Shown: positions 25,616-32,000 of the stretch, one piece after another
Numbering within the stretch: position 1 is the stretch's first letter
How the letters are laid out: the number at the start of each line of letters is the position of its first letter
Source of the DNA: Acaryochloris thomasi RCC1774
Lineage (GTDB): Bacteria; Cyanobacteriota; Cyanobacteriia; Thermosynechococcales; Thermosynechococcaceae
Length of the DNA: 32,000 nt
Reading direction: 5' to 3'
NCBI RefSeq assembly: GCF_003231495.1
Contig: NZ_PQWO01000009.1
Span: forward strand, 183,314 to 215,313
Notes under the pieces: model-generated
Database searches by the model: none
Seen by the model: the letters and a program-made list of their open reading frames with translations, nothing else
Told to the model about the DNA's origin: nothing
Translations under genes and position numbers: made by a program

Positions 25616-25629
25616 GTAGTTTTAGCTAC
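25616..25629 (-). promoter_or_regulatory. Candidate NtcA-type box GTA-N8-TAC in the cphB-cphA spacer
   Basis: GTAGTTTTAGCTAC matches the GTAN8TAC consensus exactly and lies 132 nt upstream of the cphA ATG. The downstream -10 candidate (AATAAT/TAATAG region) is only approximate. Confidence 0.4.
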
Positions 25630-25870
25630 ATATGTGCGTAGTAGATTAGTAGTCTCAGGCTTTCTTAGGTCTGCTTTGAAGCACTCAAATCCATTCAGGG
25701 CTTGAGGTATCGTAACATGCTGAAATAGCCGATAAATCAGACTATTTCAATCCTATATAAGTGGCTTTGCGGGTTTTGGCCATTCGTACAGGACTATCAG
25801 ATTAACCGCATCGAGCAATTTCCCATGATTACAAATCTCGCTCTAATTCTGGGACGCTTAAAAAGCTGCG

Positions 25871-26680
25871 CTAAGACGGCAAAACAGTCCGATGCTGATA
25901 GTGGTAGAGATCGCCCCGGTTTAGAATGTGCACGGTTAGATTGTGCAAACTGAGGGGAGACGTTTCGTCTGACTCTGGGTGATTCGTATAGGCCAATTCC
26001 CCTGGATCGATGACGGTGATCGACCCCTTACCCAATATTTCAAAGCTCCCATCCCCTCTGAAGGCAGCACAGGTATCTTCGTCAATGCCCATCCCTAGCT
26101 TCTCAGGATACGTTGCGATCGCACTGAGTAATCGAGCCATCCGATTGCGATTATGGAAGTGCTGATCCACCAACACTTCAGGAATAATTCCTAACCCATC
26201 CATCAAATCGACGAGTGAGCGGTTGGGAGATTCACCACTGCTGCCCCCCGAGATCATTTTTTCGCCCATAATGGCAGCGCCAGCGCTGGTTCCAGCAAGG
26301 ACAAGCGAGCCCAGATGAAGCCGCTTTCTGATAGCTGCAATAAATTTACTATCGTTGATGAAGTGGAAAAGACGAACCTGATCGCCACCTGTCACAAAGA
26401 CACCCGTACAGTCATCTAAGATATCGAGCCAGCGCAGCTCATCACACTCATGGGGTCGCCGAATATCAAGAACCTCAACCCGGTGCGCCCCCATTCTCTT
26501 GAAGATCTGGTAATAGCGATCGCCGACCGCACTGGGTTCTTGTGAAGCGCAGGGAATAATGCCGATGGTTGCTAGCTTTCCGCCTGCACTCTCGAAAAAG
26601 GCGGTTAATATACTGCACTCATTGACCTTATCTTCTGCTCCACCAATAACCATAATTGGGTACTGGGTCGGAATTACCAT
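25871..26680 (-). CDS. cphB: Cyanophycinase (peptidase S51)
   Basis: 269-aa ORF. It has IMVIGGAEDK, VFVTGGDQ, the nucleophile motif LAGTSAGAAIMG and VDQHFHNRNRMARL. It lies upstream of cphA on the same strand, the classic cphBA order. Confidence 0.9.
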   Translation of the reverse strand: MVIPTQYPIMVIGGAEDKVNECSILTAFFESAGGKLATIGIIPCASQEPSAVGDRYYQIFKRMGAHRVEVLDIRRPHECDELRWLDILDDCTGVFVTGGDQVRLFHFINDSKFIAAIRKRLHLGSLVLAGTSAGAAIMGEKMISGGSSGESPNRSLVDLMDGLGIIPEVLVDQHFHNRNRMARLLSAIATYPEKLGMGIDEDTCAAFRGDGSFEILGKGSITVIDPGELAYTNHPESDETSPLSLHNLTVHILNRGDLYHYQHRTVLPS

Positions 26681-26841
26681 AGATTCTTACACTAAAATTT
26701 TTCTCTGGAGCACAAAGCGATCCCAGGTCACGAATTATATAACCGTGGCGGAGCAAAATCAAAGCGTCTGTTAGTCATTGGGCGCCCGATCGTTGATATA
26801 GCAGCGCCGCTGATCTCAAACAAAGGGAATAGACAAACAAG

Positions 26842-26913
26842 AGCGGATGATCGGACTCGAACCGACGACATTCAGCTTGGGAAGCTGACGTTCTACCACT
26901 GAACTACACCCGC
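26842..26913 (-). tRNA. tRNA-Gly (anticodon CCC)
   Basis: The reverse complement folds as a cloverleaf. The stems and loops are: acceptor GCGGGTG/CATCCGC, D arm GTTC-AGTGGTA-GAAC, anticodon arm TCAGC-TTCCCAA-GCTGA, and T arm GTCGG-TTCGAGT-CCGAT. No CCA is encoded. Confidence 0.85.
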
Positions 26914-27003
26914 AAGAGGTGGATACTAAGATAGCATCCGAACTTCGTCTGTAACGCCGTAGCTCATAATATTTTATGAACTTGTCGCGGTGAGAACGAC
27001 TGG

Positions 27004-28458
27004 GTGGAGCATTCATCAGCAACTGACTACTTTCAGAAGCGCCTGCATGAGCAGTGGCTATTGGGTATTGATGGCTGGACCGTTCGGACCCAAGCAAGAC
27101 TCCATCAGCTTTCTTCCTTGACGCAAGCTGGCACTCATCCAAGAATTCTATTGAACCTGCAGGACCCATTAGAGTTTCTTGCCGCCTTCATGGCTGCGTG
27201 CATAACTGAATCTCCTGTCTTTCTGGGCAATCCGAGCTGGAGTCGAGCAGACTGGGAACAAGTCATCGCCTTATCTCAGCCCCACATTATCTGGGATGCA
27301 GCAGGGCAAACGTTCACAGAAAATCCGTTTACCCCCCATCAAAAAAGCTGGATCATGGTCCCAACGGGCGGCTCGTCTGGGAAAATTCGATTTGCAATTC
27401 ACACATGGTCAACTCTAATGGCCTCTGTGCAAGGCTGCCAACAATACTTTGAGTCACCCACCATCAACTCTTGCTGTACGCTGCCTTTACACCACGTTAG
27501 TGGGCTGATGCAGTTTCTGCGCTCCTTTACGACTGGCGGTCGGCTGGCGATTCTTCCTTTCGATGATTTTTTGAACGGCGTTAGCTCCAATCCAGCTCTC
27601 GCAGCTTTTCTTGACAGTCAATCCCAAGAAGTGCAAGCGTTCTTTCTATCTCTTGTTCCTACGCAGCTTCAGCGATTGCTGCAAAGACCAGAACGCCTTC
27701 CTTGGCTAGCTCGTTTTCAGACTGTGCTGCTAGGGGGTGCCCCTGCATGGCCTGAGCTTCTCAATGCGGCCAGAAAGCATAAAGTTCGGTTGGCACCGAC
27801 CTATGGCATGACCGAGACAGCATCTCAGGTCGCGACGCTAAAGCCGGATGATTTTCTTGCAGGTCATTACAGTAGTGGACAAGTTTTGCCCCACGCTCAA
27901 GTCTTGGCTCAGGATGATGATCAGAGGTTCCTTCCTCGGAATCAAACGGGCAGAATCGCGATCCAATCTCAGTCCCTTTGCTTGGGGTATTATCCTGAAC
28001 GGTTTGCAAATCCTGAAACCTTTGTAACGGACGACCTTGGATATCTTTGCGATGAGCAACCTTCAGCCTGTAGGCAAGAGCAGGACGCTCACATCTCCGG
28101 GAAGACTCCACATTTACATGTTGTTGGCCGCGACAGCCGCAAGATTATCTCTGGAGGTGAGAATATTTTCCCGGAGGAGGTGGAGGCAGCGATTCGAGCC
28201 ACGGGACTAGTCAAGGATGTTTATGTAACAGGCGCTCCTGATTCTGAATGGGGAGAAGTTGCGATCGCACTTTACGTCCCCATCACACCGAGCAGGTCAG
28301 TTCTAGAAATACAAGCCGCACTGCAAAACACGCTCAGCAAACTCAAGTATCCAAAGCGGTGGATTGCGGTAGAACAGATCCCTCGCAATGCTCAAGGCAA
28401 AGTTAGTCAAATGCAGGTTGCAATGGAGGTGCGATCTCATCTCTCCAACGGTGGCTAG
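27004..28458 (+). CDS. menE: AMP-dependent synthetase/ligase, most like 2-succinylbenzoate--CoA ligase
   Basis: 484-aa ORF with a GTG start. It has the AMP-binding motifs MVPTGGSSGKIRFA, YGMTE and GRDSRKIISGGENIFPEEVE. The N-terminal DYFQKRLHEQWLLG resembles cyanobacterial MenE starts. Substrate assignment is tentative. Confidence 0.7.
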   Translation: MEHSSATDYFQKRLHEQWLLGIDGWTVRTQARLHQLSSLTQAGTHPRILLNLQDPLEFLAAFMAACITESPVFLGNPSWSRADWEQVIALSQPHIIWDAAGQTFTENPFTPHQKSWIMVPTGGSSGKIRFAIHTWSTLMASVQGCQQYFESPTINSCCTLPLHHVSGLMQFLRSFTTGGRLAILPFDDFLNGVSSNPALAAFLDSQSQEVQAFFLSLVPTQLQRLLQRPERLPWLARFQTVLLGGAPAWPELLNAARKHKVRLAPTYGMTETASQVATLKPDDFLAGHYSSGQVLPHAQVLAQDDDQRFLPRNQTGRIAIQSQSLCLGYYPERFANPETFVTDDLGYLCDEQPSACRQEQDAHISGKTPHLHVVGRDSRKIISGGENIFPEEVEAAIRATGLVKDVYVTGAPDSEWGEVAIALYVPITPSRSVLEIQAALQNTLSKLKYPKRWIAVEQIPRNAQGKVSQMQVAMEVRSHLSNGG

Positions 28459-28518
28459 GTTTTTAACGGTTTTGCGCCATCGACTACACTAGAAATACAT
28501 TGCTCAACGGTATATTCA

Positions 28519-29082
28519 ATGGTTGCCAATGCGGTTCGCTGGACCACTCAAGACCTAGAGGTCATGCCCGATGATTGGGGCTGGAAGCGCTACGAAATCA
28601 TTGATGGGGAATTGTTTGTGACCCGCGCTTCTCATATTAGCCATTAAGATGCAGGCGGTAACCTTCATGTAGAGTTGGCCCTTTAGTCTAGACAAAACCA
28701 ACTCGGCAGACCTATTCAAACACCCGGCGTTATTTTTACCCCTCACGATGCTGTTATCCCGGATGTAGTGTGGGTGAGCAATGAGTGTCTTGCCAGTGGC
28801 GTCGATGACGCAGGACATTTGACGGTTGCCCCTGAATTAATGATCGAGGTTTTATCTGCTGGTGAGCGCAATGAGCAACGCGATAAAAAAGCCAAGTTTA
28901 AGCTCTACTCGCTGCGTGGTGTCCGAGAATACTGGATTGTGAGCTGGCAGCAAAAAACGGTAGAGGTCTATCGCCGCCAAGAGACTCGGCTCCAGCTTGT
29001 CGCTACATTGCTGCTAGAAGATACGCTCACCTCGCCGCTGCTGCCTGAGTTTGAGCTCCCCGTAGCCCGCATTTTTCAGTAA
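28519..29082 (+). pseudogene. Uma2-family (DUF820) endonuclease gene with two in-frame nonsense codons
   Basis: One frame reads MVANAVRWTTQDLEVMPDDWGWKRYEIIDGELFVTRASHISH*DAGGNLHVELAL*SRQNQLG...PDVVWVSNE...APELMIEVLSAGERNEQRDKKAKFKLYSLRGVREYWIV. The stops are TAA at 28645-28647 and TAG at 28684-28686. Confidence 0.8.
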
Positions 29083-29310
29083 GGTTTTATTCTCTCTTAG
29101 GAATCTGAAGCTGCTGGCTCTTGCTGCTCAGAATTCGGGAGTTGCGAATTACAGAAGCTGGCCCGCTGTGCGATCGTTGGAACGAGACTTACAGCTCCTC
29201 TTAATTGGCTACTATCATCACTTGAACTACAGTTGTGTATCCTAGCCGTTTACGAGAACTCTATTCATAAAGGGATGCTGAGTTTTTCTAAACCTCGCTA
29301 CTCTATAGAT

Positions 29311-30294
29311 ATGACTATGATTACCGTTGATCAACTGGGTAAGAACTATCCCGTTGCCATAAAAGAGCCAGGATTAAAGGGAACGGTCTCCCATTTTCTG
29401 CGCCGCAAGCACCGCCTGATCAAGGCCGTGCAGGACGTTTCTTTCCAGATTCAACCAGGAGAGATTGTTGGATTTCTAGGACCGAATGGGGCCGGAAAAA
29501 CTACAACGCTGAAAATGCTCACGGGTCTCATTCATCCCTCAAGCGGGCAGGTGCGAGTGGCGGGGCATACGCCGTTCAATCGCCGCAAGCCGTTTTTAGA
29601 AAAAATCACCTTAGTTATGGGACAAAAGCAGCAGCTTCTCTGGGATTTACCGGCCCTAGATTCCCTAAGGATTAATGCGGCGGTCTACGGTCTTTCAGAA
29701 CGCGAATCTCAACGACGGATTGGTCAACTCACTGAAATGCTGGCTCTAGAGGGTAAACTCACGCAGCCAGTGCGAAAGCTCTCGTTGGGTGAGCGCATGA
29801 AGGCAGAGCTGTTGGCGGCGCTCTTGCATCAGCCCCAGGTTTTGTTCCTAGACGAGCCGACGCTGGGATTAGACGTGAATGCCCAAGTGGGAGTCCGAGA
29901 TTTTTTGCGGGACTACAATCAAGAATACGGCGCGACGATTTTGCTCACCAGCCACTACATGGCTGATATCACAGCGCTGTGCGATCGCGTCCTCTTAATC
30001 CACGAAGGCCAGCTCATATACGACGGTGCCCTAGACGGCCTACTGGAGCGCTTTGCGCCGTTCCGTGAGGTGAAAATTGAGCTAGAGCAACCTCGGACAA
30101 CAGAACAACTGTGTATATATGGCGAGGTGGAATCTATACAAGGACGTGAAGTGCGACTGCTGGTGCGACGAGAGAAATTGACGGATGCAATCGCAACCAT
30201 CCTTTCTGACCTCCCCGTTCTAGATTTGACCATCACCGATCCGCCCGTCGAAGAAATCATCGGGCGCGTCTTTTCGGCAGGACAGGTCGCATGA
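29311..30294 (+). CDS. ABC transporter ATP-binding protein (ABC-2 type system)
   Basis: It has Walker A (GPNGAGKTT), the signature LSLGERMK and Walker B (VLFLDEPT). I prefer the ATG at 29311 (MTMITVDQLGKNY) to the TTG at 29233 in the track. Its stop overlaps the next gene's start (ATGA). Confidence 0.85.
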   Translation: MTMITVDQLGKNYPVAIKEPGLKGTVSHFLRRKHRLIKAVQDVSFQIQPGEIVGFLGPNGAGKTTTLKMLTGLIHPSSGQVRVAGHTPFNRRKPFLEKITLVMGQKQQLLWDLPALDSLRINAAVYGLSERESQRRIGQLTEMLALEGKLTQPVRKLSLGERMKAELLAALLHQPQVLFLDEPTLGLDVNAQVGVRDFLRDYNQEYGATILLTSHYMADITALCDRVLLIHEGQLIYDGALDGLLERFAPFREVKIELEQPRTTEQLCIYGEVESIQGREVRLLVRREKLTDAIATILSDLPVLDLTITDPPVEEIIGRVFSAGQVA

Positions 30295-31079
30295 GCCAGA
30301 CCCTCAGGCGAGTCGGAACTTTTCTATCGGTTTACTACGCCTACATGGTGGAGTACCGCGCGGAGCTACTGCTGTGGGTGTTAGCCAACTCGCTACCGAT
30401 CATCATGATGGGCGTTTGGACTCAGGCCTCGCAAACAGGGCAATTCGATTTTGGGCCGTTGGACTTTGCCCGCTACTTTATTAGCGTCTTTCTAGTCCGC
30501 CAGTTCACCATCGTTTGGGTCATTTGGGATTTTGAGCGCGAGGTGGTTGAGGGTAAGCTTTCACCGCGTTTGCTGCAGCCCATTGATCCGGTGTGGCATC
30601 ACGTCGCAGGCCATCTATCTGAGCGGGTGGCGAGACTGCCGTTTACGCTGGCGTTGGTGGGATTCTTCTTCCTGCTGTATCCGCAGGCGTTTTGGGTACC
30701 GAGCTTAGGGCGGCTTGTGTTGGCAATATTGGGGGTTGCGATCGCATTTGCCCTACGCTTTATCATGCAGTACACCTTTGCCATGTGCGCCTTCTGGACT
30801 GAGCGAGCCACGGCTATTGAACAGTTTTGGTATCTGTTCTATTTATTTTTGTCAGGCATGATTGCGCCATTGGATCTGTTCCCAGAAGGAGTGCAGGCAG
30901 TCGTGCAGTGGACTCCATTTCCCTACCTAATCTACTTTCCAGCCAGTTTATTGCTTGGGCGATCGGTGAATGTTATTCAGGGTTTTATGGTGATGGTAGG
31001 CTGGTGTTTAGTATGGTTGGTTGCAAATCGCTGGCTGTGGAGGAAGGGATTGAAGCATTATTCAGGCATGGGAGCTTGA
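30291..31079 (+). CDS. ABC-2 family transporter permease
   Basis: 262-aa ORF with about 6 hydrophobic helices, translationally coupled to the ATPase gene. The N-terminal VYYAYMVEYRAELLLWVL is typical of this permease family. Confidence 0.75.
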   Translation: MSQTLRRVGTFLSVYYAYMVEYRAELLLWVLANSLPIIMMGVWTQASQTGQFDFGPLDFARYFISVFLVRQFTIVWVIWDFEREVVEGKLSPRLLQPIDPVWHHVAGHLSERVARLPFTLALVGFFFLLYPQAFWVPSLGRLVLAILGVAIAFALRFIMQYTFAMCAFWTERATAIEQFWYLFYLFLSGMIAPLDLFPEGVQAVVQWTPFPYLIYFPASLLLGRSVNVIQGFMVMVGWCLVWLVANRWLWRKGLKHYSGMGA

Positions 31080-31310
31080 AGGTTCACGAGATCAAATTTT
31101 CATTGGAGCGTACACAGAAAATAGAGCGACAACTAAGGTGACAAAGCTCCAGATGAATCCTGTGCTAGATTGCGATCGCACTTGCCCTAAAATTCTTGAT
31201 GCGGCATATCTCTACAGTGTGTGTTGGCAGGGAGCAAGCTACCACAATCGAGAAACTTTGATACCTGTTCTAATCCGAGATGATTGCACGATCAAACCGC
31301 CTCCCTCTGA

Positions 31311-31611
31311 ATGACGAGCTATACTTGTACCGCTAACAGTACAAGTTCCAAAAATATCATCACCTTCAGCGAAGCTCGCAGCAAGCTGAAAGCCGTTTTA
31401 GATCGCGTGGTGAATGATGCAGACTACACCATCATTACTCGCCGTGATGCTGATGATACAGTACTCATTACTCATGTCCCTTAGCACCTTCAATAGCCTG
31501 CAGGAAAGAGTTCACCTGCTGAAGTCTTCAGCCAACGCCATTCATCTAGAGCATTCCATTGCCCAATATCGGGAAGGGAAGATCGCTGAGCACGATCTAC
31601 TTGATGAATAG
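31311..31611 (+). pseudogene. yefM: YefM/Phd-family antitoxin gene, frameshifted
   Basis: Frame 1 reads ...IITFSEARSKLKAVLDRVVNDADYTIITRRDADDTVLITHVP*. Frame 2 continues LMSLSTFNSLQERVHLLKSSANAIHLEHSIAQYREGKIAEHDLLDE*. The break coincides with a near-tandem 7-nt repeat, ctcatta|ctcatgt, at 31464-31477. Confidence 0.7.
31323..31346. promoter_or_regulatory. Perfect 8-bp-arm palindrome ACTTGTAC-N8-GTACAAGT at the 5' end of the yefM-like gene (operator-like)
   Basis: Arms at 31323-31330 and 31339-31346 are exact reverse complements. The TGTAC/GTACA half-sites recall the TGTACA-core operators described for yefM-yoeB loci. Confidence 0.35.
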
Positions 31612-31865
31612 CCGAAAGCTAGTATGGACCGACGAAGCGTGGAAAGACTATCTGCACTGGCAAAGTCAGGATAAGAAGACCTTGAAGCGCATCAACAAAT
31701 TAATTCAGGCAACCAAAAGCCTACCCTTCGATGGGATCGGAAAGCCTGAACCTCTCAGAGAGACTCTCTGGCTTTTGGGCACGACGGATTGATGAAGCAA
31801 ATCGCCTGGTTTACGCAGTTGATGATGGCTACCTCACAATTATTTCCTGTCGGTGTCACTATTAA
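31604..31865 (+). pseudogene. yoeB: YoeB-family toxin gene, frameshifted
   Basis: MNSRKLVWTDEAWKDYLHWQSQDKKTLKRINKLIQATKSLPFDGIGKPEPLRE is followed by a frame change near 31763. It then reads LSGFWARRIDEANRLVYAVDDGYLTIISCRCHY*. The ATG overlaps the yefM stop. Confidence 0.75.
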
Positions 31866-32000
31866 CCCCCATAAGGATCGAGGAATAAATAATATCCAGA
31901 ACCTCAATGGAAGAATGATAGTCTGAGCATCCTCCCCTATTTGGTTTGAGATGAATCCTTACACAGTGAATATTGAGCAGCAAATGCAACGGCTCTACAA

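Noticed and set aside
26816-27169. 117-aa minus-strand ORF.
   Set aside because: It overlaps the tRNA-Gly gene and the menE 5' end, so it is spurious.
31080-31310. Expected a second ABC-2 permease gene after 30291-31079, as many of these systems have two. I also noted the shared 11-mer agatgaatcct at 31151 and 31949 flanking the TA module.
   Set aside because: There is no membrane-protein-like ORF in any frame here. The 11-mer match is too short to argue for a target duplication or insertion of the TA module.
1-32000. Searched for CRISPR arrays, rRNA genes and long tandem repeats.
   Set aside because: No regularly spaced direct repeats, no rRNA-like conserved blocks and no tandem arrays were seen. 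The only multi-copy sequences are the HIP1 octamer, the two MITE copies and the cphA duplication.
31951-32000. ATG-initiated frame (MNPYTVNIEQQMQRLY...) running off the right edge.
   Set aside because: It is only 16 codons long with no recognisable motif, too little to call a gene.

Overview
This is a cyanobacterial chromosomal segment; the HIP1 octamer GCGATCGC occurs in most native genes. All calls are by-eye motif and homology recognition, with no searches or alignments run. The main theme is nitrogen-reserve metabolism. cphB-cphA, a remodelled second cphA copy, putA, an isoaspartyl dipeptidase and the 5' part of argZ/agrE all lie within about 27 kb, covering every step from cyanophycin to glutamate. 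The most unusual gene is the 1131-aa CphA paralog (12619-16014). Its N and ATP-grasp domains look intact, its Mur-ligase-type catalytic motifs are erased, and the last third of CphA is replaced by a roughly 410-aa tail in which I recognise no domain. Both cphA copies carry a dyad-symmetric GT-N10-AC box exactly 132 nt upstream of the ATG. Between the two copies sits a decayed integron: an intI with several frame lesions and a MITE insertion, followed by three AT-rich, HIP1-free cassette-like ORFs with GTTAGGC-type attC cores. Other content is a six-gene minus-strand redox cluster ending in a Rieske-ThDP enzyme fusion, tRNA-Gly(CCC), a menE-like ligase and an ABC-2 transporter pair. There are also two TA-duplicating MITE copies in inverted orientation and several pseudogenes (Uma2, yefM-yoeB, a pyrC relic). 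No CRISPR array or rRNA was seen.
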